From assembly GCA_031459625.1 (NCBI GenBank), contig JAVKIH010000005.1, positions 33,952 to 97,951 on the forward strand: DNA of 64,000 bases, read 5' to 3'. The notes under the pieces are model-generated. The model saw only the letters and a list, made by a program, of their open reading frames with translations. It had not been told where the DNA came from and searched no databases. The stretch comes from Candidatus Geohabitans tengchongensis (GTDB lineage Bacteria; Sysuimicrobiota; Sysuimicrobiia; Sysuimicrobiales; Humicultoraceae). The position numbers and the translations under genes were made by a program. Below are positions 10,815 to 21,587 of the stretch, piece after piece (the stretch's first letter is position 1; each line of letters opens with the position of its first letter).

Positions 10815-11547
10815 CGATGCTGCGCCGAAGATTCAACGGGGCTCAAGCCACGTACCGAAGCTGCGGGTCTCGCGTCCGCTGGGACGCGGGGCGGTAGGGG
10901 AGCGTTCCGGTGTAGGTTGAAGGCGGACCGGGAGGACCGCTGGACGACCCGGAAGTGCGAATGCCGGCATGAGTAGCGAAAAGGCAGGTGAGAATCCTGC
11001 CCGCCGTAAGGCCAAGGGTTCTTACGGAAGGTTCGTCCGCGTAAGGTTAGGCGGGACCTAAGGCGAGGCCGACAGGCGTAGCCGATGGACAGCCGGTCGA
11101 CATTCCGGCCCCGCTCGTCAGCCGTCATGAGCCAAGGGGGGACGCAGGAGGGTAGGCCTACCGGGGGCTGGTCGTCCCGGGCCAAGCGGGTAGGCGGAGG
11201 CCCCAGGCAAATCCGGGGCCTCATCCAACGCCGAGACGCGAGCGCGAGCTGGGTTGCATGCCCGGCGAAGTGGCTCAGCCCACACTGCCAAGAAAAGCCT
11301 CGTGGCCAGGCTGGCGGGCGCCCGTACCGCAAACCGACACAGGTGGCCAGGCACTCAACGTGCCAAGGCGCGCGAGAGAACCCTCGTCAAGGAACTCGGC
11401 AAAATGACCCCGTAACTTCGGGACAAGGGGTGCCTCGGTAGGGTGAGGTGCGTCACGCACCGAGCCCGAGGAGGTCGCAGAGAATAGGCTCAGCCGACTG
11501 TTTAACAAAAACACAGGTCTCTGCGAAGCCGTAAGGCGACGTATAGG

Positions 11548-11583
<36 letters not shown>

Positions 11584-11655
11584 CGGGTTAGTCCGGGTTC
11601 GCCCGGGCGAAGCCCTGAACCAAAGCCCCGGTGAACGGCGGCGGTAACTATAACC

Positions 11656-12399
<744 letters not shown>

Positions 12400-12678
12400 A
12401 AGTTCCGACCTGCACGAATGGCGTAACGAGCTGAGCGCTGTCTCGACGAGGGACTCGGCGAAGTTGTGAAGCCCGTGAAGACACGGGCCACCCGCGGCTG
12501 GACGGAAAGACCCCGTGGAGCTTTACTGCAGCTTGTCATTGGATGTGGTCTTACCGTGTAGAGGATAGGTGGGAGGCGGAGAAGCCGGGGCGCCAGCCTC
12601 GGTGGAGCCACCCTTGGAATACCACCCTCGGCAAGGTTACGTCCTAACCTGGGCCCTCAGCGGGTCTGGGGACAGTGG

Positions 12679-12715
<37 letters not shown>

Positions 12716-12871
12716 CGGTAACGGAGGCGCCCAAAGGTCCCCTCAGCACGGTTGGAAACCGTGCGGCGAGTGCAAGGGCATAAGGGGGCTTGACTGCGAG
12801 GCCTACAAGCCGAGCAGGGGCGAAAGCCGGGCCTAGTGATCCTACGGCGGCAAGTGGAAGCGCCGTGGCTT

Positions 12872-12905
<34 letters not shown>

Positions 12906-12980
12906 ATAGGGCCCAAGAGTCCACATCGACGGCCCTGTTTGGCACCTCGATGTCGGCTCATCTCATCCTGGGGCTGTAGT

Positions 12981-13014
<34 letters not shown>

Positions 13015-13051
13015 AGGTACGTGAGCTGGGTTCAGAACGTCGTGAGACAGT

Positions 13052-13793
13052 AACCTGGACCGTTGCTGTCTATAAATCTGGCTATATGCTGGAAAGCCTG
13101 GGGGATCCCACGCTACCCATCCTGCAAACCCGTTGAGGATGTGCCGATAGGTAGGGATGGGTGACAATGCGATGGGTGCAGGTAACCAGCAGGGAAGGCC
13201 AGATGAGGGGATCAGCCACTACATCGCAGGTTTTGTCGACGGGGAAGGTTCGTTCCACGTGGCGGTGCAACGTCATCCCACCACCCGGTGGCGATGGCAG
13301 ATCGTGCCCGAGTTCCGGGTTTCCCAGAACGACGGTAATCAGCACGTGCTGGAGTTGATCCAGAGCGTGTTGGGCTGCGGGCACATCAAGCGGAACCACG
13401 GGAAGAGCCTGCGAGACAGAACCTGGGTGTTGGTGGTAAGACATCGCTCCGACCTGATCGGGAAGGTGATCCCGTTCTTCGAGCGGTATCGCCTGCACAC
13501 GACGAAGCGTCATGATTTCGAGCGGTTCGCGGCTGTCGTCCGGGCTGTGGCGGTGGGGCAACATCGTCACCCCGCAGGACTCCGCGAGTTGCTGCGCGTG
13601 GCCTTCGCGATGAATCAGGGTGGAGCTCGGCGACGGCTGTCGCTGGAGACGGTCCTTGCTCATCTGGAACCCTCAGAGACTGTACGCCAGACACCTCGCA
13701 CGAGGTGAAGATACAGTCCGAGCTTTCAGGCGACTGAAAGAGGCAGGCAGAAATGACCTGCCCCCTCCCCTTCCAGGAGGAGTAACAACACTG
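13052..13793 (+). mobile_element. Group I intron at 23S position L2604 (E. coli numbering), 742 nt, IB-like core
   Basis: Removal restores GTGAGACAGT|TCGGTCCCTATC; the IGS ggaccg..gctgtc pairs with both exons; P atgctggaaa, Q aaccagcagg, R tcagagactgtacg, S aagatacagtcc; terminal G. Confidence 0.93.
13157..13708 (+). CDS. Single-motif LAGLIDADG homing endonuclease (intact) in intron L2604
   Basis: [46 protein letters not shown]; start codon uncertain (13157 or 13172). Confidence 0.92.
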   Translation: MGDNAMGAGNQQGRPDEGISHYIAGFVDGEGSFHVAVQRHPTTRWRWQIVPEFRVSQNDGNQHVLELIQSVLGCGHIKRNHGKSLRDRTWVLVVRHRSDLIGKVIPFFERYRLHTTKRHDFERFAAVVRAVAVGQHRHPAGLRELLRVAFAMNQGGARRRLSLETVLAHLEPSETVRQTPRTR

Positions 13794-13925
13794 TCGGTCC
13801 CTATCCACCGCGGGCGCAGGAGACTTGAGGGGAGCTGCTCCTAGTACGAGAGGACCGGAGTGGACGGACCTCTGGTGTACCGGTTGTCCTGCCAAGGGCA
13901 CGCGCCGGGTAGCCATGTCCGGACG

Positions 13926-13958
<33 letters not shown>

Positions 13959-14301
13959 CACCCCAAGACGAGGTCTCCCACCGGGTCAACCGGGTAAGCC
14001 CCCTGGGAGATGACCAGGTTGATAGGCCGGGGGTGTAAGCGCTGAGAGGCGTTGAGCCTACCGGTACTAATCGGGCGAGGGCTTGAGCCCGTCTTAGGGG
14101 CGGCTGTACAGAGCCTGCCAGGTGCTGTCCCGGGATCGCCGGGGCTGTGATCGGAACGCCGAGTGCGTGAGTCCGCCCCGCGATCTTGGGTAGGTGTGTC
14201 CCGTCGTTGGGTGTCGCGTGCGCCTAAGCCCCCGCCGGACCTGCCGCGACACCCGACGCGGGGCCGCTTCCCTATGCCGATGTCAGGGACACCGGTCGCA
14301 T

Positions 14302-14419
14302 TCCCGGTGGCGATGCCGGAGGGGCCACACCCGTTCCCATTCCGAACACGGTCGTTAAGCCCTCCAGGGCCGATGGTACTGCGGTGGCAACGCCGTGGGA
14401 GAGTAGGTCGCTGCCGGGA
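14302..14419 (+). rRNA. rrf: 5S ribosomal RNA
   Basis: CACCCGTTCCCATTCCGAACACGG, GCCGATGGTACT, GGGAGAGTAGG; terminal helix cccggtggcga/tcgctgccggg. Confidence 0.98.
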
Positions 14420-14424
14420 GTCAC

Positions 14425-14460
14425 CGTCGCGGGAGGCTTGGGCCTCCCGCGACGTGTTTT
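14425..14460 (+). terminator. Intrinsic terminator of the 23S-5S operon
   Basis: cgtcgcgggaggc-ttgg-gcctcccgcgacg followed by tgtttt. Confidence 0.8.
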
Positions 14461-14559
14461 CCGCCCGACGGGCCAGCAAGGGTGGCCGACGGCCGGCCGG
14501 ACGTGACGGGAGCTGGCCCCCCTCAGCCATCTCCGTGGCTCACTCCGGCGCCGGAGCCC

Positions 14560-14754
14560 TCAGCGGGTCTCGTAGCCCACCGCCACCCGCACCTGGAACT
14601 CCCCGACCTCCCCATCCGTCACCACGCCCCGGATCTCGCGCACCTCGAACCACTTGGCCGTCCGCGCCCCCGCGGCCCGCACGGCCACGCGGACCGCCTC
14701 CTGAATGCTCTGCGACGAGGATCCCACCACCTCCACCATCTGCCACGGCGCCAT
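14560..14754 (-). CDS. Dodecin family flavin-binding protein
   Basis: EVVGSS..SI.EAV..AV, WFEVREIRG, FQV...VG motifs; 64 aa. Confidence 0.88.
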   Translation of the reverse strand: MAPWQMVEVVGSSSQSIQEAVRVAVRAAGARTAKWFEVREIRGVVTDGEVGEFQVRVAVGYETR

Positions 14755-14865
14755 CGCCCACCTCCCTCCGGGCGCCCTCCGCCCGCAACGAGCTTTCCCT
14801 TAGAATGACATCGACACGGCCGGGGTGGTACGGAGAGCCCGGTCACGGGACGGAGGGGACGGACG

Positions 14866-16044
14866 GTGCCGGCACGGGTGGTCGTCATCGGCGGAGGCTT
14901 CGGGGGCCTGAGCGTCGCCTACGCCCTGCGCGAAACCGCGGGCGATGCGGCCGAGCTGCTCGTGGTGGATGCCTCGCGGACCTTCCTCATGGGCCTGCGC
15001 AAGCTGTGGCTGGTGGACGGGCGCAGCACCCGCGGGGCGGGAGAGCGCGACCGGACGCGCCTGGCGGCCAGGGGCGTGCCGTTCCGGCAGGGGCGGGTGG
15101 AGGGGATCGATCCGGACGCGCGTCGGGTGCGCGTCGACGGGGAGGACCTGCGCTACGACTTCCTCGTCCTGGCCTCCGGCGCCCAGCCGCGTCCCGACCT
15201 CGTGCCCGGGATGGCGGCGGGTCGGCCGGACCTCTTCAACCTGTACGACGCCGCCGACGCGGAACGGCTGGGCGCGCGGCTGCGTGATCTCGGCGAGGGC
15301 CGGGTCGTCGTGGCCATCGCCGGCCTCCCCTACAAGTGCCCGCCCGCCCCCTACGAAGCGGCCTTTCTCATCGACGACCTGCTGCGCCGCACCGGCCGGC
15401 GCCAGCGGGTGGAGCTGGAGGTCCTCTCGCCGCAGCCCTCCTCGCTGCCCTCCGCCGGGCCGCAGGCGTGCGAGGCGGTGGAGGGGGAACTGGTGGCCCG
15501 CGGGATCCGCTTTCGCCCCCGTACGGTGGTCGAGGCGGTGGAGGACGGGCGGCTGGTGCTGAGCGGCGGTGAGCGCGTGGCCGCCGACGTCGTGGCGGTG
15601 GTGCCGCCCCACCGGCCGGCGCCGACGGTAGCCGCCAGCGGTCTCGCCGGCGAGGGCGGCTGGGTGCACGTCGACCCGGCCACCCTGGCGACGACGGACG
15701 AGCGGGTCTTCGCGGTGGGCGACGTGGTGGCGCTGCAGACGGGCGCGGGGCTGCCCTTCCCCAAGGCGGGCATCTTCGCGGAGCGTCAGGGGGCCGTCGT
15801 GGGACGGAACCTCGCCGCTCTGCTGGCCGGCCGGTCCCCGTCGGAGACCTTCGACGGGTACGGCTACTGCTTCATCGAGGTGGGGGGAGGGCTGGCCACG
15901 CGGGTCGAGGGGAACTTCTTCACCGCGCCACCCCAGGTGCGCGTGGGGGAACCCCGCCCGGAGCACCTCCAGGAGAAGGTCGCCTTCGAGCGCGAGCGCC
16001 TGGCGCGGTGGTTCCCGGACGCCGCAGGGGCGCCGGGGGCCTGA
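14866..16044 (+). CDS. FAD-dependent oxidoreductase, sulfide:quinone oxidoreductase/FCSD-like
   Basis: GGGFGG, YKCPPAPYE, VFAVGD, PKAGIFA, FDGYGYCFIE (two active-site Cys). Confidence 0.85.
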   Translation: MPARVVVIGGGFGGLSVAYALRETAGDAAELLVVDASRTFLMGLRKLWLVDGRSTRGAGERDRTRLAARGVPFRQGRVEGIDPDARRVRVDGEDLRYDFLVLASGAQPRPDLVPGMAAGRPDLFNLYDAADAERLGARLRDLGEGRVVVAIAGLPYKCPPAPYEAAFLIDDLLRRTGRRQRVELEVLSPQPSSLPSAGPQACEAVEGELVARGIRFRPRTVVEAVEDGRLVLSGGERVAADVVAVVPPHRPAPTVAASGLAGEGGWVHVDPATLATTDERVFAVGDVVALQTGAGLPFPKAGIFAERQGAVVGRNLAALLAGRSPSETFDGYGYCFIEVGGGLATRVEGNFFTAPPQVRVGEPRPEHLQEKVAFERERLARWFPDAAGAPGA

Positions 16045-16153
16045 GCGCGGCCGCTACGGCCGTAGACCGGACCGACGAAGACCCCCAGGTCGGCCGCCGC
16101 GAGACCCCCAGGGCTGCCCTGGCCGCACCCGCGTGCAGGTGGCGGGCATGCGC

Positions 16154-17050
16154 CTACCCGCGCCCGGTGCGCAGCCGGGGGTCCAGGACGTCGCGGATCC
16201 CGTCCCCCAGCAGGTTGAAGCCCAGCACGACCAGCGAGATGGCCAGGCCCGGGAAGGTGGCCAGCCACCACTGTCCGGGGACGTAGTTGCGCCCCTCCGA
16301 GATCATCAAGCCCCACTCGGGGGTGGGCGGCTGGGCGCCGAAGCCGATGAAGCCCAGCCCGGCGGCGGTGAGGATGATCCCGCCCATGTCCAGGCTCACC
16401 TGGATGATCACCGGGCTGACCACGCCGGGCAGCACGTGGCGGGTGAGGATGCGCCAGGCGCTGGCGCCCAGCGCGCGCGCCGCCTCGATGTAGACCTCCT
16501 CGCGGATGGCCAGGGCCATGGAGCGGGCCAGGCGGGCGTAGATGGGCCACCCGGCCAGCGAGATGGCGAGGATGACGTTCTCCAGCGAGGGGCGCAGCGC
16601 GGCGGCGATGGCCATGGCCAGGATGAGCCGGGGGAACGCCATGAACATGTCGGTGAGTCGCATCAGCAGGTCGTCGGTGCGTCCGCGGAAGTAGCCGGAG
16701 AGCACGCCCACGGGCAGCCCGATGGCGGTGGCCACCACCGCGGTGAGGATGGCGATGCGCAGCGTGATCCGCGCGCCGTGGAGGACGCGGCTGAGGACGT
16801 CGCGGCCGAGCTGGTCGGTGCCGAAGGGGTGGGCGCGGCTCGGGGGCTGTAGGCGCGCGGTCATCTCGGTGCGCAGCGGGTCGGAGGGGGCGAGCACGGG
16901 GGCCAGGAGCGCGGTGAGGACGAGGGCGGCGATGAGCCCGAGCCCCGCCAGGGAGAGCGGATTGCGCAGCGTGCGCCAGGCCAGCCGCCAGGTGCGCGAG
17001 GTGCTCATCGCCGCGGCCGCCCGCGCGACGGCCGCCCCGGCCTCACTCAT
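16154..17050 (-). CDS. dppC: Peptide/nickel ABC transporter permease (DppC-like)
   Basis: HPFGTDQLGRD, EAARALGAS loop, PPTPEWG. Confidence 0.9.
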   Translation of the reverse strand: MSEAGAAVARAAAAMSTSRTWRLAWRTLRNPLSLAGLGLIAALVLTALLAPVLAPSDPLRTEMTARLQPPSRAHPFGTDQLGRDVLSRVLHGARITLRIAILTAVVATAIGLPVGVLSGYFRGRTDDLLMRLTDMFMAFPRLILAMAIAAALRPSLENVILAISLAGWPIYARLARSMALAIREEVYIEAARALGASAWRILTRHVLPGVVSPVIIQVSLDMGGIILTAAGLGFIGFGAQPPTPEWGLMISEGRNYVPGQWWLATFPGLAISLVVLGFNLLGDGIRDVLDPRLRTGRG

Positions 17051-18050
17051 AGCGGATCCGTGGGTTGAGCAGCGCGTAGGTCAGGTCGACGACCAGGTTC
17101 GCCAGGGAGAAGACGAGCGCAATGAGGATGGTGAAGCCCATGATGGCGGCGAAGTCCTGGGAGAGGATGGCGCTGGTGGCGTAGCGGCCCAGCCCCGGCC
17201 AGGCGAAGACGGTCTCGGTGAGGACCGCCCCCTCCAGGAGGCTGCCGTAGTAGACGCCGATCACGGTGACGATGGGCAGCAGGGCGTTGCGCAGGGCGTG
17301 GCGCACGATCACGGTGCGGCGGGCCAGCCCCTTGGCGTGGGCCGTCTTGATGTACTCCTGCCCGAGCACCTCGAGCATGCTCGCCCGGGTGATGCGGGCG
17401 ATCCCGACCAGGGCGTGGGAGCCCAGCACCAGCGCGGGCAGGACGAGGTGGCCCATGGCGTTGCGGAAGGTGGCCAGGTCGCCGGCCAGCAGGGCGTCCA
17501 CCGTGACCAGCCCGGTGACCCGCGGCGGCCGCGCCAGGTAGACGTCGAGCTGGCCGGGCCCGGGCAGCCACCCCAGCGCGTAGTAGAAGAGCAGCAGGGC
17601 GATGATGCCGAGCCAGAAGACCGGCATGGAGAGCCCGACCAGCGAGGCCACGCGCACCGCATGGTCGAGCCAGCTCCCCCGGGTGACCGCGGAGAGGATG
17701 CCGACGGCGAGCCCGGCTGTGGTGCCCACCAGGATGGCCGCCGTGGCCAGCTCGATGGTGGCCGGGAAGAACTCCCGCAGGTCCACCAGCACGGGGCGGT
17801 GGGTGGCCAGCGACTCCCCCAGGTCGCCGCGGACCAGGCGCCCCACGTAGCGCACGAACTGCTCGTGCAGGGGGCGGTCGAAGCCCCAGCGGTGGCGGAG
17901 CGCCTCGATCACGTCGTCGGGCGCCTGCGGCCCCAGGATGGCGGCCACGGGGTCGCCGGGGATGACGTGGGAGAGGACGAAGGTGATGACGAGGACGCCG
18001 GCGATGGCCACGGTGGCCAGCGCCAGGCGGCGGGCCAGGTAGGCGGTCAC
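17043..18050 (-). CDS. dppB: Peptide/nickel ABC transporter permease (DppB-like)
   Basis: PGDP, GDLGES, YIKTAHAKGL, HALRNAL, ETVFAWPGLG, NPRIRY; GTG start at 18050. Confidence 0.9.
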   Translation of the reverse strand: MTAYLARRLALATVAIAGVLVITFVLSHVIPGDPVAAILGPQAPDDVIEALRHRWGFDRPLHEQFVRYVGRLVRGDLGESLATHRPVLVDLREFFPATIELATAAILVGTTAGLAVGILSAVTRGSWLDHAVRVASLVGLSMPVFWLGIIALLLFYYALGWLPGPGQLDVYLARPPRVTGLVTVDALLAGDLATFRNAMGHLVLPALVLGSHALVGIARITRASMLEVLGQEYIKTAHAKGLARRTVIVRHALRNALLPIVTVIGVYYGSLLEGAVLTETVFAWPGLGRYATSAILSQDFAAIMGFTILIALVFSLANLVVDLTYALLNPRIRYE

Positions 18051-18133
18051 GGGTCGCGGCGCTCCGGTCGACGCACAGACCCGAGGAGGTGGAGGGCGGG
18101 CGGCCGCGGCGGGGTCGGCCGCCCGCGGGCCGC

Positions 18134-19705
18134 CTACTCCTTGTAGGCGTCGAAGAGCTCGGTCATGGCGAAGAGCGGCGACGGCTCGAAGTTCTTCACG
18201 TTGCTGCGCAGGGCCATCTGGTTGAGCGGGTAGCCCAGGATCACGTAGGGGCCCTCCTCCAGGACCACCTTCTGGATCTGTTCGTAGAGCGCCTTGCGCT
18301 TGGCGGGGTCGAGCTCGGCCACGGCCTGCTGCACCAGCCGCTTCACCGGGTGGTCCCAGCGGTTGCGCCAGGCCAGGACGCGGGCGTCGAAGTCGGCGAA
18401 GGCCTTGGCCAGGTTGTCCGGGTCGGGGTAGTCGGCGCCCCAACGGGCGATGACCATCTGGTGGCGCTGGCCGCGGTAGATCCCCAGGAGGTCGGCGCTG
18501 CGCAGCACCCGCACCTCCGCCTGGACGTTCACGGCGGCCAGGTCCTCCTTGATCTTCGCGGCGACGTCCGGCAGCGGCGGATCCGTCCCCACCAGCAGCT
18601 CCGTGCGGAACCCGCCCTCCAGGCCGGCCTCGCGCAGCAGCGCCCGGGCGCGGGCGGGGTCGCGCCGGTAGGGGCGGTCGGCCAGGTGGCCGAACATGCG
18701 CGTGGGCACGATGGTCTGCCCCATGTCGGTGGCGCCCTCGAAGATGCCGCGGATGGCGTCGTAGTCGATGGCCCACTTCAGGGCGGTGCGCACCGGCACG
18801 CGGGTGAAGGGCTCGGTCTGGGCGTTCATGGCCAGGTAGCGCACCTGGAAGGCCGGCGTGCTGCGCACGACGATGCCCCGGGCGCGCTCCAGCTCGCGGA
18901 ACTGCCGCGGCAGCAGGTCGGTGGCGACGTCGATGTCGCCGCGCTGGAGCGCCAACAGCTGGGCGGTGGGCTCGGGCATCCCCAGGTAGATGAAGCGCCG
19001 CAGCCGCGGCGTCCCCCGCCAGTGCCCTGAGACCGCCTCCAGCTCGATCCGCACGTTGCGGCGCCAGGAGTGCAGCCGGTAGGGGCCGGAGCCGGCGGAG
19101 TTCTCCGTGAGCCACTTGTTGGCCATCGGGTCGTCGGCGGTGGCGTTGCGCTGCACCAGCGCCGGGTCGACCACCCCCGTGACCGGGTTGCTCAGCACCG
19201 AGGCCATGAGGACGTCCGGCATCGTCTGGTTGAAGGTCACCCGCACGGTGTCGGGGCTCACCGCCACGACGTCCTCGGGGCGGGCGATGAAGTCGGTGAT
19301 GATGAAGGAGGGCGCCATCTTCAGTCGGTGGGCCCGCCGGATGGAGAACTCCACGGCCCGCGCGTCCACGGGGGCGCCGCTGTGGAAGCGGACGCCCGGC
19401 CGCAGGCGGAAGGTGTAGGTCTTGCCGCCGTCGCTGACCGTCCAGGAGCGGGCCAGGCTGGGCACGGCCCGGGTGAGGTCGCGGTTGAAGTCCACCAGCG
19501 TGTCGTAGATCTGGTCCACGACCCACACCGACGTGAACTCGAAGGCCTGGGCGGGATCCAGGCTCACGGCGTCGTCGATGTTGGCGCCGACGACCAGCAC
19601 GGTGTTGGGGATCTGGCCGCGGCCGGGCACCGGCGTGCCCAGCATCAGGCTCCCCGCGACCAGGAGGGCCAGGAGGAGACTTCCCACCAGGTTCCGACGG
19701 AGCAT
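18134..19705 (-). CDS. dppA: Peptide ABC transporter substrate-binding protein (family 5)
   Basis: Signal peptide, SLDPA, YDTLV, LARSWTVSDGGKTYTFRLR, GSGPY, WGADYPDP. Confidence 0.9.
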   Translation of the reverse strand: MLRRNLVGSLLLALLVAGSLMLGTPVPGRGQIPNTVLVVGANIDDAVSLDPAQAFEFTSVWVVDQIYDTLVDFNRDLTRAVPSLARSWTVSDGGKTYTFRLRPGVRFHSGAPVDARAVEFSIRRAHRLKMAPSFIITDFIARPEDVVAVSPDTVRVTFNQTMPDVLMASVLSNPVTGVVDPALVQRNATADDPMANKWLTENSAGSGPYRLHSWRRNVRIELEAVSGHWRGTPRLRRFIYLGMPEPTAQLLALQRGDIDVATDLLPRQFRELERARGIVVRSTPAFQVRYLAMNAQTEPFTRVPVRTALKWAIDYDAIRGIFEGATDMGQTIVPTRMFGHLADRPYRRDPARARALLREAGLEGGFRTELLVGTDPPLPDVAAKIKEDLAAVNVQAEVRVLRSADLLGIYRGQRHQMVIARWGADYPDPDNLAKAFADFDARVLAWRNRWDHPVKRLVQQAVAELDPAKRKALYEQIQKVVLEEGPYVILGYPLNQMALRSNVKNFEPSPLFAMTELFDAYKE

Positions 19706-19943
19706 GAGCGTCCACCTCACCGTGGAGGAGATGGGTGCGATACTCCCCCGTTTCGCCCGGCAATCCGCGCGCACCTGCCGCGCGGCACCCGCCCCGACCG
19801 GTCTAGCGCGCCGCCGGGGTGGGCATAGAGACGGTGAACCGGCACGGCAAGGCCAGAGGCTGCATGCGCTTCCCCCCCGGCGCCTCTGGCCTTTTTCATG
19901 GGAGGGCCCTTCAGCGGCCGGACGTCATTCCGTGGGAGGATCC

Positions 19944-21020
19944 ATGGACATCCACACCCTGCTGCGGCTGGTCATCGAGCGCCAGGCCTCGGACCTGCAC
20001 CTCAAGGTGAAGACCCGACCCATGCTGCGCATCAACGGCGCACTGGTCCCGGCGGAGGAGTACCCGCCCTTCGAGGTGGGGGAGCTCCAGGCGCTCATCG
20101 AGAGCATGCTCACCCCCGAGCAGCGGGACGCCTTCCGTGAGGAGCGGGAGCTGGACTTCGCCTACAGCGTGCCCGGGCTCTCCCGCTTCCGGGTGAACAT
20201 CTTCATCCAGCGCGGCGCGCCCGGCGCGGCCATCCGGGTCATCCCCATGAAGGTGCCCACCCTGGAGGAACTGGGGCTGCCCGAGGTACTGCGCCGCTTC
20301 GCCGAGCTGCCCCGCGGGCTGGTGCTGGTCACCGGGCCGACGGGGAGCGGCAAGTCCACTACGCTGGCGGCGCTGATCAACCACATCAACCACACCCGCA
20401 CGGCCCACATCGTCACCATCGAGGACCCCATCGAGTACCTCCACCACGACGTGAAGAGCGTGATCAACCAGCGGGAGGTGGGCTCCGACACCCACTCCTT
20501 CGGCCACGCCCTGCGCCGGGTGCTGCGCCAGGACCCCGACGTCATCCTCATCGGCGAGATGCGCGACCTGGAGACCATCGCCACCGCCATCACCGCCGCC
20601 GAGACGGGGCACCTGGTCTTCGCCACCCTGCACACCCAGAGCGCCAGCCAGGCGGTGGAGCGCATCGTGGACGTCTTCCCGCCCCACCAGCAGACCCAGG
20701 TGCGCATGCAGCTCTCCCTCTCGCTGGAGGGGGTGGTCTCCCAGACGCTCCTGCCGCGGCTGGACGGCCGGGGGCGGGTGGCCGCCTGCGAGGTGCTCGT
20801 CATGACCCCGGCGGTCCGCAACCTGATCCGGGAGGGGAAGACCTTCCAGCTGCCGTCCGCCATCCAGTCGGGGGCGCGGGAGGGGATGCAGAGCCTCAAC
20901 CAGGCGCTGCGGCAGCTGGTCGAGCGCCGCCTGGTCTCCCTGGAGGAGGCCCGGGCGCGGGCCAGCAACCTGCAGGAGTTCGACCAGCTGATGGGCCGCC
21001 GCTCCGTCGGGGTGGCCTGA
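19944..21020 (+). CDS. pilT: Type IV pilus retraction ATPase
   Basis: ASDLHL, GPTGSGKSTT, TIEDPIE, LRQDPDVILIGEMRD, ETGHLVFATLH, VRNLIRE, GMQSL. Confidence 0.95.
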   Translation: MDIHTLLRLVIERQASDLHLKVKTRPMLRINGALVPAEEYPPFEVGELQALIESMLTPEQRDAFREERELDFAYSVPGLSRFRVNIFIQRGAPGAAIRVIPMKVPTLEELGLPEVLRRFAELPRGLVLVTGPTGSGKSTTLAALINHINHTRTAHIVTIEDPIEYLHHDVKSVINQREVGSDTHSFGHALRRVLRQDPDVILIGEMRDLETIATAITAAETGHLVFATLHTQSASQAVERIVDVFPPHQQTQVRMQLSLSLEGVVSQTLLPRLDGRGRVAACEVLVMTPAVRNLIREGKTFQLPSAIQSGAREGMQSLNQALRQLVERRLVSLEEARARASNLQEFDQLMGRRSVGVA

Positions 21021-21034
21021 GCCGCGCCGGGGCG

Positions 21035-21063
21035 TTGACAGGGGCATGACCCCCTGCTATAAA
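21035..21063 (+). promoter_or_regulatory. Sigma70 promoter of rpoZ
   Basis: TTGACA, 17 nt spacer, TG-extended TATAAA. Confidence 0.75.
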
Positions 21064-21123
21064 CACCGGGCCGGACACGGCAGCCGTCCGGACGTCCCCC
21101 AGTGCGCTTGAGGTGTCCAGGTC

Positions 21124-21330
21124 GTGATCAAGCCGCCGCTCGAGGCTCTGCTCGATCGCGTCGAGAACAAGTACGCGCTGGTCATCGTGGCCGCCAAGCG
21201 CGCCCGCCAGCTGAAGGAGGGCGCGCTGCCCCTCGTCGACGTGGACAGCAGCAACCCGGTGACGGTGGCGCTGGAGGAGATCGCCGCCGGGAAGATCCGC
21301 TACGAGGCCCCCCGCGCCGGCATCAAGTAG
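21124..21330 (+). CDS. rpoZ: RNA polymerase omega subunit
   Basis: NKYALVIVAAKRARQL, NPVTVALEEI. Confidence 0.96.
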   Translation: MIKPPLEALLDRVENKYALVIVAAKRARQLKEGALPLVDVDSSNPVTVALEEIAAGKIRYEAPRAGIK

Positions 21331-21587
21331 GCGCGCCGGTCTCACGCAGGGTCGTCGCGCCGCCTGCAGGCCCCCTGGGCCCACCGGTGGGCTCCCGCTG
21401 GGGCTCCACCTGCAGGGCCCGCGCTGGGGCTCCACCCGCTGGGCCCACCCGCCGGGCCCAGGCGCTCGGGAGCGGGAGTGAGGGAACCGCCCGCCGGCGG
21501 GGCCCGTAGACCGTGGGGGAGGGCCCTCCACGGCGCCTGGAGGCGCCCGCCCCGGTGCGGCCCGACCGCCGCGCCCGGAGGTGTGCT

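Noticed and set aside
19790..19900. c-di-GMP riboswitch upstream of pilT
   Set aside because: No GGCAAA/GAAA tetraloop-receptor signature could be found; kept only as a terminator-like hairpin
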